From Squalus acanthias (taxonomy: Eukaryota), in assembly GCA_030390025.1 (NCBI GenBank), contig CM059432.1:81532001-81596000 (forward strand): 64,000 bases of DNA. The letters are read 5' to 3'. The notes beneath the pieces are model-generated. The model made no database searches and had not been told where the DNA came from. It saw only the letters and a program-made list of their open reading frames with translations. Numbering within the stretch: position 1 is the stretch's first letter; each line of letters opens with the position of its first letter. Shown in pieces: positions 12,869-24,608 of the stretch. The position numbers and the translations under genes were made by a program.

Positions 12869-15049
12869 TTGATTTCACACACTCAGCCACCAGCTCCAAC
12901 AGTTGGATCTCAAACAAGCGTGCTAAGCTTGAATAAAGGAGACTATGAAGGTATGCGAGCGGAATTGAGTAGAGTGGATTGGGAAAATAGATTAAAGGGT
13001 AAGACAATACATGATCAGTGGTGTACATTTAAGGAGTTATTTTACAACTTCCAAAAAATATATATTCCACTGAGAAGAAAAGGGTGTAAAAGAAAAGACA
13101 GTCATCCGTGGCTAAGTAAAGAAATTAAGGATAGTATTCGACTAAAAACAAGGGCTTATAAGGTAGCCAAATCTAGTGGGAGGATAGAGGATTGGGAAAA
13201 CTTTAAAAGACAGCAAAAAATAACAAAAAGATTGATTAAGAAAGGGAAGATAGATTATGAAAGTAAATTAGCAAAAAATATAAAAACAGATAGTAAGAGT
13301 TTTTATAGTTATATAAAAAGAAAAAGGGTGGCTAAAGTAAATGTTGGTCCCTTAGAGGATGAGACCGGGAAATTAATGGTGGGAAATATGGAGATGGCAA
13401 ATACACTGAATGGATATTTTGTATCAATCATTACAGTAGAGGACACTAAGAATATCCCAACACTGGACAAACAGGGGGCTATAGGGGGGGAGGAGCTAAA
13501 CACGATCAAAATCACTAAGGAAGTGGTACTCGGTAAAATAATGGGACTCAAGGCGGATAAATCACCTGGACTTGATGGCTTACATCCTAGGGTCTTGAGG
13601 GAAGTGGCGGTAGGGATTGTGGATGCATTGGTAATAATTTTCCAAAACTCCCTGGACTCAGCAAAGATCCCGGCAGACTGGAAAACTGCTAATGTAACAC
13701 CTTTATTTAAAAAGGGCAGTAGACAGACGGCTGGAAACTATAGAGCGGTTAGCCTAACATCTGTGGTAGGTAAAATTTTGGAGTCCATTATTAAGGAGAC
13801 AGTAATGGGACATTTGGATAATCATAATTTAATCGGACAAAGTCAGCATGGTTTTATGAAGGGGAAGTCATGTTTGACAAATTTGCTGGAGTTCTTTGAG
13901 GAAGTAACATACAGGGTGGATAAAGGGGAACCAGTGGATGTGGTGTATTTGGACTTCCAAAAGGCATTTGACAAGGTGTCACACGAAAGATTATTGCTTA
14001 AGATAAAAAATCACGGGATTGGGGGTAATATTCTGGCATGGATAGAGGATTGGCTATCTAACAGAAGGCAGAGAGTTGGGATAAATGGTTCATTCTCAGA
14101 CTGGCAATCAGTGACTAGTGGTGTTCCGCAGGGGTCAGTGCTGGGTCCCCAACTCTTTACAATCTATATTAACGATTTGGAGGAGGGGACCGAGTGTAAC
14201 ATATCAAAGTTTGCAGATGATACTAAGATGGGAGGGAAAGTAGTGAGTGAGGAGGACATAAAAAATCTGCAAGGGGACATAGACAGGCTAAGTAAGTGGG
14301 CAGAGATTTGGCAGATGGAATACAATACTGGAAAGTGTGAGGTTATGCACTTTGCTAGGAAAAATAGTAGAGCAAGTTATTATCTTAATGGCAAGAAACT
14401 GGAAAGTACTGAAGTACAAAGGGATCTGGGGGTGCTGGTGCACGAAACTCAAAAGGTTAGTATGCAGGTGCAGCAAGTGATTAAGAAGGCCAATGGAATG
14501 TTGGCTTTCATTGCTAGGGGGATAGAATATAAAAATAGGGAGGCATTGCTTCAGTTGTACAAGGTATTGGTGAGACCGCACCTGGAATACTGCATACAGT
14601 TTTGGTGTCCATACTTAAGAAAAGACATACTTGCTCTCGAGTCAGTACAAAGAAGGTTCACTCGGTTAATCCCGGGGATGAGGGGATGGACATATGAGGA
14701 GAGGTTGGGTAGATTGGGACTCTACTCATTGGAGTTCAGAAGAATGAGAGGCGATCTTATTGAAACATATAAGATTGTGAAGGGGTTGGATCGGGTGGAT
14801 GCGGGGAGGATGTTCCCGATGATGGGTGAAACTAGAACTAGGGGGCATAGTCTTAGAATAAGGGGCTGCTCTTTCAAAACTGAGATGAGGAGGAACTACT
14901 TCACTCAGAGGGTGGTAGGTCCATGGAATATGCTGCCCCAAAAAGCTGTAGAAGCTACATCATTACATAAATTTAAAACAGAAATAGACAGTTTCCTAGA
15001 AGTAAAGGAAATTAAGGGTTACGGGGAGCGGGCAGGAATTTGGACATGA
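12869..15049 (+). CDS. CR1 ORF2 reverse transcriptase (726-aa open frame, endonuclease missing; first ~10 codons are flank)
   Basis: KSPGLDGLHP, NYRAVSLTS, QHGFMKGKSCLTNL, YLDFQKAFD, GVPQGSVLGP, FADDTK, RPHLEYC. Confidence 0.9.
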   Translation: MISHTQPPAPTVGSQTSVLSLNKGDYEGMRAELSRVDWENRLKGKTIHDQWCTFKELFYNFQKIYIPLRRKGCKRKDSHPWLSKEIKDSIRLKTRAYKVAKSSGRIEDWENFKRQQKITKRLIKKGKIDYESKLAKNIKTDSKSFYSYIKRKRVAKVNVGPLEDETGKLMVGNMEMANTLNGYFVSIITVEDTKNIPTLDKQGAIGGEELNTIKITKEVVLGKIMGLKADKSPGLDGLHPRVLREVAVGIVDALVIIFQNSLDSAKIPADWKTANVTPLFKKGSRQTAGNYRAVSLTSVVGKILESIIKETVMGHLDNHNLIGQSQHGFMKGKSCLTNLLEFFEEVTYRVDKGEPVDVVYLDFQKAFDKVSHERLLLKIKNHGIGGNILAWIEDWLSNRRQRVGINGSFSDWQSVTSGVPQGSVLGPQLFTIYINDLEEGTECNISKFADDTKMGGKVVSEEDIKNLQGDIDRLSKWAEIWQMEYNTGKCEVMHFARKNSRASYYLNGKKLESTEVQRDLGVLVHETQKVSMQVQQVIKKANGMLAFIARGIEYKNREALLQLYKVLVRPHLEYCIQFWCPYLRKDILALESVQRRFTRLIPGMRGWTYEERLGRLGLYSLEFRRMRGDLIETYKIVKGLDRVDAGRMFPMMGETRTRGHSLRIRGCSFKTEMRRNYFTQRVVGPWNMLPQKAVEATSLHKFKTEIDSFLEVKEIKGYGERAGIWT

Positions 15050-15288
15050 GTCTAGGTTCGGATCGGTCATGGCCCTGTGGGTAGCGTAGCGGGCCCAGGG
15101 GCCGTGTAGCCTGATCCTGCTCCTATTTCATGTGTCCAATTCTGTTAGGTTCAGGAGATGGTTCTGTGATAGTAGATTGGCGGTTAGGATCAGATCAGCC
15201 ATGATCTTATTGAATGGCGGAGCAGGCTCGAGGGGCCAATTGGCCTACTCCTGCTCCTATTTCTTATGTTCTTATGTTCTTATTATGT
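12897..15288 (+). mobile_element. Young 5'-truncated CR1 LINE
   Basis: Uninterrupted ORF to 15049, 3' UTR and (TATGTTCT)n tail. Confidence 0.95.
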
Positions 15289-15444
15289 TCTTCAAGGTCG
15301 TCCAGCAAGGCCATTTGCAGTGTCCCCCACTGGATGTCAGCAGCCTTCCGCCAGCCATACTGCAGCCACTGGGGTAGTATTGCATGACATCACTAGGATA
15401 GGCAAAGGCACACACAAGACAGTAACTAAGGGTGATTAGTTAAC

Positions 15445-16153
15445 CACCACCCCTTGACATTCAATGGCATTACCATCACCAAATCCCCCACCATCAACAT
15501 CCTGGGGGTCACCATTGACAAGAAACTTAACTGGACCAGCCACATCAATACTGTGGCAACAAGAGCAGGTCAGAGGCTGGGTATTCTGTGGCGAGTGTCT
15601 CACCTCCTGACTCCCCAAAGTCTTTCGACCATCTACAAGGCACAAGTAAGGAGTGTGATGGAATACTCTCCACTTTCCTAGATGAGTGCAGCTCCAACAA
15701 CACTCAAGAAGCTCAATACCATCCAAGACAAAGCATCCCGCTTGATTGGCACCCCATCCACCACCTTAAACATTCACTCCCTCCACCACCGGCACACCGT
15801 GGCTGCAGTGTGTACCATCTTCAAGATGCACTGCAGCAACTCGTCAAGGCTTCTTCGGCAGCACCTCCCAAATCCACGACCTCTTCCACCTAGAAGGACA
15901 AGGGCAGCAGGCACCACCACCTCCAAGTTCCCCTCCAAGTCACACACCATCCTGACTTAGAAGTATATCGCCGATCCTTCATCGTCGCTGGGTCAAAATC
16001 CTGGAACTCCCTACCTAACAGCACTGTGGGAGTACCTTCACCACATGGACTGCAGCAGTTCAAGAAGGCGTCTCACCACCACCTTCTCAAGGGCAATTAG
16101 GGATGGGCAATAAATGCTGGCCTTGCCCACATCCCATAAACGAATAAAAAAAA
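15445..16153 (+). mobile_element. CR1/L2-group LINE 3' end (distinct family) with AATAAA and poly(A)
   Basis: ILGVTIDKKLNWTSHI..YKAQVRSVMEYS; second copy on - at ~36300-36620. Confidence 0.8.
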
Positions 16154-16396
16154 GTTGATTTCTTGATGTCATATTGGATGGATAGATGCATAAAGTTGGA
16201 TTGGAAGGTTTGGTTTGTGGTGGCTTTTATTTCAGTATTGTGGCCAAGAGGACGCTGTGATGGTCAGTAACAGAGGGAAGGTAAGGTGTAGGACAAATGT
16301 TGAAAGGGAATGGGGTTGTGTTCACTGGTACCGCAGGCGAATGATTTCATCCCAGATATCCCGGCCAGAAAGGTTCTGTGTGGGTTGCATCCTTCC

Positions 16397-16490
16397 TTCT
16401 GCTTCTTCCTCTTCTGCTTCCTCCTCTTCTGCATCTTCCTCTTCTGCATCTTCCTCTTCTGCTTTCTCCTCTTCTGTGTCTTCCTCTTCC
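16397..16490. repeat. 15-bp tandem repeat (TTCCTCTTCTGCWTC-like) encoding the acidic transposase tail
   Basis: About 6 imperfect units. Confidence 0.8.
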
Positions 16491-16497
16491 CTCTACG

Positions 16498-16640
16498 AGC
16501 AGATGCTGGAAATCTGAAATAAAAGCAGAAAATGCTGGAAATACGCAGCAGGTCAAGCAGCATCTCCACCTGAGACGTGAACGCTGTTTCACTCTCCACA
16601 GATGCCACCTGACCTGCTGAGTATTTCCAGCATTTTCTGT
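16498..16640. mobile_element. Fold-back pair of Penelope 3' termini
   Basis: CAGAAAATGCTGGAAATAC.CAGCAGGTCA ... TGACCTGCTGAGTATTTCCAGCATTTTCTG. Confidence 0.8.
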
Positions 16641-18269
16641 CTCCTCAGAGGCCTTCCTTTACCATCTGAGGCCTTGCAAGTGTCCAGCAGCATTCCCTGC
16701 ACTCCGTGCACACTTTAATAACTTTTAACATCTATTGCACCAAGCCACTACAATAAAATATTAAAAAACCCGTCCAAAAGCTTAAATGCAAACTTACCTG
16801 AAAGATGTGTGTGTCCCTTTAAGAAGTGCTGAAAGCATCTCTGTCAGTCTGCTGCACGCTCGCTTTTCAGAGTGAGCTTAGGACACAGCGCTAAACTCAG
16901 TGCAAAGGTTCAAGTTCGCAGAGCGTGGCGTTAAGTTGGCATTGCACACCGACTGACATCACGCTCTCCAGATTTGCATGTCCAGGGCCAGTGCTGCTTA
17001 TGGCAGCGCTATGGCCCTCGCCAAAATGGCGGCCGCCGAGTCCCATGCCAGAGGCCAGCGGAAGAGCGGCGGCTGACATTTTTTTCTTGGAATCTACCGC
17101 TAACGGGTGGCGGTAAGTAGCCCAATTTCTAGGCCTAAAACTTACCTGCTTGGCCTCTTCAGGCCCATGATCCCTCCTCTTGGCAGGTTTGGCCTGAAGG
17201 GGAAGCTGTCACTGCTCCCCACTAGGGCCTTCAACTAAAATTTCAGATTGTCTCCTGATAACATCATTGGATCCGATTTGCATATTTAAAGCAGGACCCC
17301 ACTTCCTTCCTGCAGGTTTCAGAAGAGCAGGTAAAGGTTGGGACATGGCGGGAAAACCTCATTTTAATTGCCCTTCAGCCTGGTTTCCGCCAGGTGGGGA
17401 AAGTTAAAATCCGGACCTAAGTGTTGGATTTTCCTTTGTAATGCCACAGTAAATGGGGCAAGATAGCAGTGGAGAATGAGGAAAAATATAGTGGTGAGAC
17501 CTACTGCTGCTTCACTGCCCTGACCTGGATTTCCCTCCCCGCTACCTCTGGGTTCCATTGGCCACCCCTTCTCTGCCACATGCAAATACCAGAAGTGTGG
17601 GGCATGTGAGGTACTCAGTCCATTTCTCTCCCATCCGCTCCAGTTTCTGCCACTTCCCAGGGCCACCAATGTGGATGGTGGTGGTAGGAACAGGGAGCAA
17701 GGTCAGGTAATGGAGGGAGAATGTCTAGTACAGGCCTCCCATCCCACCGACCTTGCTCTCACACAGTTACCTGTATAGGCCTACAAAGCTGCAGCTTCAA
17801 TGATCTGTGAGGCACTTCTGTCCCCTTAAATGCCTGGCACCTCTTCTGGTTCTGCAGTGGCAGTGGCACTGCAGCACCGACAAGATTCTGCAGCTGGGCA
17901 CTGGCAGGTGTCCGCTTGATAATGGGACTCCAACCAAGAGCTTGCTACGAATCTTCAATGATCCTGATCCAGGAAAATGGGTTGCATTTGGGGCAGAGAT
18001 GGAGGGGCAGGTGGAAGTCCTGCCCCATCACTACTCCACCCCAAAGAGGAGAGCGCCACCCAATGGTACCTGACAGAAGCCAGTGATGGGAGTCAGGGTG
18101 CGCTTTTGGGCTGGTGCATTGATAAAATTTGCTCTGGGCTTTGGAGAGTGTGGTATCAATTCATCATATTATCAGGTTAAGTTGCAGGACCTTCTTCATT
18201 GTTAAAAATGTTTCCTCCCAGTGTCTTCACATTATTTAAAAGGCTCTATAAAGTGTAGTGCATGCACAG

Positions 18270-18690
18270 TAGATATCAAATTATAGATGTAATTCATGAG
18301 AAACAGATACAAAGTGGGTGCAGGAAGGACAATTGAATTGATAGCTGGGATTAGGCAATTCAGTTATGAGCATAGGCTGCATTGGCTACGTGTGGTTACA
18401 CTGGAGGAGGGAAGGCCCAGGAGTGATCGTATGCAAGATTCAGAAATGCATAGACAAGATAAATGTCAATATGTTTAACATAGTCACAGATTCTACTACA
18501 AGACGGCATGGCCTTAAACTTTGAAGAGGGAGGGGGGAAAAGACAGTTTAGATTGACCTACTTTATAGATAGCTTAGTGAATGTGTGGAATGAATGGCTA
18601 TGGGAGGCATTGGGGATTGATTGCATCATCAAATTCAACATAGCGCTGGATAAGTACCTGCAAAAATATTTGATAAAGGGGTATGAGCTT
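18270..18690 (+). mobile_element. Old degraded CR1 3' coding end
   Basis: LIAGIRQFSYEHRL, TRRH, LVNVWN, LDKYL..IKGY. Confidence 0.7.
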
Positions 18691-20183
18691 CCATGCCATC
18701 CAATATTGCACCAGCCCAGGGCCAGCAAGCTGCAGCGCAATGCTTGTTAGGGGCATGCAGTTCGCCAGCAAGATTTAAATGAGGCCAGAGCTCAAAATGG
18801 CTCAGGCCTCCTCACTCACTCGATGGGTGAGCAGAGGTGCACTCTGCTGGTTGGCTGCAGAAAAGTGAAAATCAAAACAAGCATGGAACGGCACCCTCTG
18901 GGATTTCGGGGTTTCATTTCCCATGATTTTCCATCTATTCATTTTAATGGATGGAAGGTTGTGGGTGGAGCATGCTTGAATTCCCGTTATGCATTTCCAA
19001 TAGACAAAGCTCCACACTGGGAGCACAAATTCATAAAATTGCCCCTTTTAAATATGTGTTTCTCTAGAGTACAGATGTTTGATTTGGCCAGTCACACTGT
19101 TGTACAGAAGACTAGTGGAATTGTTGTATTAACAAAATGTCAACTAAGTAAATTCCTATTTTTACTTTCTAAACCAGGCAATTGATGTTGTATATATTTT
19201 TCTAAAATAAAATGCTATTTGAACCAGTTGTGTTACATTTAATGTGACAATAACATATTTCTGTGCAAGATCTGTAAACACTGATATTGCCTTTGTTAAC
19301 ACCACTTTAAAAATATAGGGCAGAGGATAATAATCAGCTAAATAAAGCAGCACAACATTTTCAAAATTAGGTTTCACTTTGCTGTTTAAGAAAGTAATGT
19401 ACCGTAAGTGCAGTTTGCTGCAAAAAATAACAAAAAATATTTTTTATATTTTGGCATTACTAAGTAATTCTAAGGTTATATTTCACAACTAGAGATTATA
19501 GTCTAGGTAATGTGATGTCATCTACCATAATATGTTGGTAATGAGCTGCAGTGAGATTGTGTAAGAAACTGGAGGTATTGTGGGGCAGCCCACAGGGGCA
19601 CCAGCACACAATGCCATATTGAGAGCAGGTTAGATCCTCCACTCCACTGAGTTTAACATCTCATCTGTGTTAATGTGGGCAAGAGCTCGAAACGTCATTA
19701 TAGTAGAGTTTAAAATCAGGGCGAGAGTTGTCTAGAGACCAATGCTGTCAGAGGTCCGGGAGCAAATTGCCCGTTTGCCCTTTTTGGGCATTAGGGACAC
19801 ATAACCCAGGAACATTGGAAAAGGAGAAAAATAACAAGGGAAAAGCAGAAAGTAAACACCTAAAATAAGAAAGTAGGTTAAAATATGATCTTTGGCTGAA
19901 ATTATATCATTGTCTAACCACAGAGCAGTCTGCATGTGCTCTTACACTAGACCCTATCCCTTCTTTTAATATTAGCAGATCTCCTGTAGCTTTGCTCATG
20001 GTGAGTTGGAGATTTTATATGAAGTGGATTTATGCCAAATAGTGTTACCAGGGACAGTGACTTATCGGTATTAGGGGTGGTGCTGGAAGCTGGGAACACT
20101 AGTAAGAGACCCAGGGGGTCGATCAGTACCAGCATTATTTTGAGTGGGTCCCAGAATCGGGCAGTATTGGGAGTGGAGACTTC

Positions 20184-20475
20184 GGGCTGGATTTTGTCTT
20201 GGGGTCGGGTTGGGGTCGTGTAATCCGCATTTCGTGTTTCCCCCCCGACTCCAGATTAATGTGGATGCCTGATGCAATTTTCACTTAATTGGGCAATTGA
20301 GTTGGAGCATGTGGGAACCCATGAACTAATTAGTGTTTTCAGTCTGAAAGTCGCCTCTGATGATGTCATCATTGCTGACTGCCTAGTCTCAGAGACTGTT
20401 GGTGAGAGAGGACCTGCTTGGCTTTTGATGTGAGTGGACCTGGATGGATGCAAAAATGGGGTGGGGGTAGGGGGG

Positions 20476-20526
<51 letters not shown>

Positions 20527-20961
20527 TTTTTGCCAAGCAAGTCCTCCCAGGCAGTCTCTGAAGACATTCAATGCAGCAGCATCAGAGTTGACGACTACTA
20601 CTACCTTCATCACATCTCCGTTGTAATAGTGGACCTGCAGCCGATAGTCAGCTATCCACTTGTGCTCCCGCTAGGTTTCACTGGAGTGTTTCACACCAGG
20701 CGTGCTTCACGTCAAAAGAGGGTTAAACTAGCTACAGCATTTCAAAATGGCATTACAGAGCCAATTTAGAGCTTGTTAAGGGCTTTAATTGCCTCTCCCG
20801 CCTCTTGAAGGCGGGACGGAGTTGGGAACCCCGCGACTGATTATGTCAAAATTGCGTGGAGGCGGGATGGAGTCGGGATGGGGTCGGAAACCCCGACCCC
20901 GCAAATTTAACCCTCCACACGCCTCCAAACCCGACTCCATGGGTCATTCAAAATCCAGCCC
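20184..20961. mobile_element. Harbinger MITE related to the end of the 49125 element
   Basis: TIR GGGCTGGATTTT/AAAATCCAGCCC, TSD TTC; inverse homologue at 45511-46177; internal (GA)n at 20479-20523. Confidence 0.92.
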
Positions 20962-21924
20962 TTCATGTTTCAGGAACACTGGGATCTAATTCTGGGATTC
21001 AGGTTCTGGGATCTAGAAGTATAAGGGAGGGAGGTCTCAGGCTCTGGGAGCATTAGAGGTAGTTCAGGGATCAGAGAGCAATGGAAATGTGGTGTAGCGG
21101 TGGACCTGGAATCTGGGGAGAGGGGCCCTGGGATCCAACAGGACTCTGGGAGGGGTGAGGGGAACAGACTCTGGCAATACTGAGGTTAGTTGGCATCTAA
21201 CAGAGGGAGGGGAGGGGGGGACGGGAGAATGAGACCAAATCTACTCATGGTTCCTTTTAAACCATCAGCCCCTAGTCCTCCACTACTTTCCCAACCACCA
21301 GCCTGTTTCCCTGACAATCTGCAGCCCTTTTTGAGCCTTTGCGTTTCACCACACCCCGCCCGCAACCCCCACCCCCCACCACCACCCCTCCCTCCCCGCC
21401 ACCCGACAGCACACATTGCTTTGCTCATCATCAGACAGGCTCCTTTTTGTAAATTCCTGTCATTATGTTAAAGGCACTTAAAAAAAAATATTCTGCTTGA
21501 AATTAATGGAGGGAAAGTCATGAGCCGGGGATCAAGAGTTTCCAGACATGTGCTCCCGGCATTTGCCAGATGCACAGAAGTGGAAAATTTACCCTTTAGT
21601 GCACTATTTTGCCACCTTATACAGTCTTTAATAGAGATATTTTCTAAAAGCAAACAAACATTATTTTATAAAGTATGTAGATATATTTCATCCTTTCTCA
21701 TCTCTCTGTGTCACCTCCTGCAGCTCCCACACCTCTGCTAATGCCTTGAGACCACTCTTCCTCTGATTCTGCTTCTTCTTTGCTTGGTGTATCCCCACAG
21801 TTACATTGCTGCGATCAGGGACTTAGTGGAGTGGGGGTTGCATCCCAACCCTCAGTGGAGCCATACTTTGGTGTTCAAAACAGCATACAAGCAGACAAAG
21901 AGCAAATCTTAAGGTAAGATATTT

Positions 21925-22105
21925 TTTATTTGGTCTTGGGATGTGGGTGACACTGGCAAGGCACCATTTTTTGTCCATCCCTAGTTACCCTGAGGGCATT
22001 AAGAGTAAACCACATAGTGTGGGACTGGAGGTACATGTAGACAAGACCAGGTAGGGGTTGAAGGCCCCTTTCCCCGAAGGACATTAATGAATCAGTTGGG
22101 AACTG
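21925..22105 (-). mobile_element. SINE-like retroposon 3' part sharing the tail of the 15.4-16.1 kb LINE
   Basis: Plus strand GGGATGTGGG..GGCAAGG..CCATCCCTAGTT; second copy at 63682-63860. Confidence 0.6.
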
Positions 22106-23204
22106 AAGAGCTAGGTGCAATGAAGAGGAAAATCTTTTGCTTTAACTTCAGGATGGTCACAGACTGACAAACATGAGGGGAGCAAAATTACACGGGAATA
22201 CTGCCAGTCTCCTGCTATAACTCCCCTGGCAAACAGTAGAGACCCTGGATTGCATCCCAAAGAACTTTGGCCTCAAGATCAGCAAGTACACTGGCACGTG
22301 GTAATATGGCATTATTGACAGCGAGTTGCTGCAGAATAGCTCTGCCTAATATCTTCTTACAGGATCTCTCCAGTGTCACTTGTTCCTTTTATACGACCTA
22401 TCATTATACGGCATATCTTGTTCCCATTATACGGCTTATTATTTTACCCTGTTATCTCTATTCTATCCAGTATATTGGATTATTTTCTCATTTTTTTCAT
22501 TGCTTTCTTTTTCATTTTTTGGCATTGCTCTGCTTTTCATTTGCTTTTATAATGTCACGTAATGTATTTTTTAAATTGGCTAGCAAGCTGGGCATAATAA
22601 CAAGAGGGCTCCATTGTATTGCCACTTCAGTCCTCACAGTTAATCATTCGTCCTAGGAGGATTTGGCTCCTAGAAACAACATTTTAGGAGCCAAGTTTTA
22701 AAAAAAATCTTTTGGACGTAAGCCACATGGAATGTCACAGGTTACTGTGAGTGAAGTAACCTGTGGAAATTTTTAGGTATGTTAACAACAAAATAATGTC
22801 TTTCCATCAACTTCAAGTCAGTATTATAAATTCAGTAAACCTACTAGTGCTTTTATCAACTGTGGCCAAGGCTCAAAGCCATCAAGTTATTTTAAACAAA
22901 AGAACAAAAATAGAAAAAATTGTATATTTTTGCTTCTCTCTACGACTTTCCAAAATTGCTTAAAAAATACCAAGGTTGAGTTGTAACTTCACAAAGTAAC
23001 ATTTACGTCACAACTGTAGACATTTTGGGCCCAAGTATTCTTCTGCCCCTACACCCAGACTGCAGGTGGACTGCACCCGAAGTGTGCCGCGCCTGGCCAG
23101 ACCTGAACACCAACCCAACTGCATTTCTGGGTTCCTTTCCTCTCCAAAGGCCTTGAACGTGTTGTCGCCTCCCAAATCCATGCTCACCTTTCCCGCAACA
23201 CCAT

Positions 23205-24608
23205 GTTTGAACTTCTCCAATCAAGTTTCCGCCCTGCCACAGCACTGAAATGGCCCTTATTAAAGTCACAAATGACATCCTATGTGACTGTGACCATGAT
23301 AAACTATCCCTCCTCAACGTTTTCAGCCTGTCTGCAGCTTTTGACACGGTTGACCACACCATCTTCCTCTAACGCCATTCCTCCATTGTCCAGCTGGGTG
23401 GGACTGCCCTCGCCTGGTTCCATTCTTATCTATCCAGTCATAGCCAGAGAATCACCGGCAATGGTTTCTCTTCCCACTCCTGCACAGTTACCTCTGGAGT
23501 CCCCTAAGGAGCTACCCTTGGCCCCTTCTTTTTCTCATCCAAGTGCTGCCCCTTGGCGACACTGTCCGAAATCTCAACGTCAGGTTCCACATGTACACTG
23601 ATGACACCCAGCTCTAGCTCACCACCACCTCTCTCAACCCCTCTCTGATTTATCACACTGCTAGTCTGACATCCAGTGCTGGATGAGCAGAAATTTCCTC
23701 CAACTTAATACTGGGAACACCGAAGCCATTGTTATCGGCCCCTGCCACAAATTTCGTTCCCTAGCCACCGACTCAATCGTCTCCGTGGTCACTGTCTGAG
23801 GCTGAACCAGACCGGTTGCAACCTTGGCGTCCTATTTGGCCCTAAGATGAGCTTCCAACCACAGATCTGTTCCGTCACCAAGACCGCCTATTTCCACCTC
23901 CGTAACATTGCCCGTCTCCGCCCCTGCCTTAGCTCATCTGCTGCTGAAACCCTCATCCATGCCTTTGTTACCTCTAGATATGACTATTCCCATGCTCTCC
24001 TGGCTGGCCTCCCATCTTCCACCATCCATAAGCTTGAATGTATCCAAAACTGCCAGTATCCTAATTGGCACCAAATCCTGTTCACCCATCAGCCCTGTGC
24101 TCACTGACCTACATTGGGTCCTGGTCGGCAATGCCTCGATTTTAAAATTCTCATACTTGTTTTCAAATCCCTCCATGGCCTCACCCCATCCTATCTCAGT
24201 AACCTCCTCCAGCCCTACAACCCTCTGAGATCTCTGTAACCTCCTCCAGCCCTACAACCCTCGCTATCTCAGTAACCTCCTCCAGCCCTACAACCCTCTG
24301 AGATCTCGGCACTCCTCCAAATCTGGCCGCTTGCACATCCCCGATTTTCTTTGCTCCACCATTGGCGGCCGTGCCTTCAGCTGTCTGGGCCTAGAGTCTG
24401 GAATTCACTCCCTAAGCCTCTCCGCCTCTCTCCTCCTTTAAGACGCTCCTTAAAACCTACACCTTCGACCAAGTTTTTTGTCACCTGTCCTAATATCTCC
24501 TTATGTGGCTCAGTGTCAAATTTTGTTTGATAAAGTTCCTGTAAAATGCCTTGGGATATTTTACTACGTTAAAGGCACCATATAAATGCAAGTTGTTGTT
24601 GTTGTTGT
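23205..24608 (+). mobile_element. L2 LINE 3' portion, degraded RT
   Basis: QSSFRP..STE, SAAFDTVDH, YTDDTQL, TAYFHLRNIARLRPCL, LIHAFVTSRYDY; (GTT)n tail; internal ~36-bp triplication at 24191-24308. Confidence 0.9.

Larger units (their letters stand above)
11750..17135. mobile_element. PIF/Harbinger transposon with both ends, internally deleted, hosting CR1, LINE and Penelope insertions
   Basis: TIR GGCCTAGAAATT/AATTTCTAGGCC, TSD TAA; Myb remnant from 12167 (+; WDQISKAV..TWIQC); transposase C-terminus on - at ~16320-16495 (acidic run then LSGRDIWDEIIRLRYQ*). Confidence 0.85.
11468..17418. mobile_element. Older Harbinger-like MITE split by the 11750-17135 insertion
   Basis: Imperfect TIR AGGCCCCGACTTTAA / TTAAAATCCGGACCT; sequence resumes across the TAA duplication. 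Confidence 0.6.

Noticed and set aside
12726..13028. Poly-Phe ORF
   Set aside because: Antisense reading of the (GAA)n microsatellite and CR1
16215..16620. Protamine-like and Ser-rich ORFs
   Set aside because: Alternative frames of the 15-bp repeat encoding the transposase acidic tail
20256..20769. SLSLSL / RERERE ORFs
   Set aside because: (GA)n microsatellite inside a MITE
22267..22656. Hydrophobic 129-aa ORF resembling a membrane protein
   Set aside because: T-rich low-complexity DNA, non-ATG start, no recognisable motif
24191..24308. CRISPR-like ~36-bp direct repeats
   Set aside because: No unique spacers, no cas genes, eukaryotic context; slippage triplication within L2
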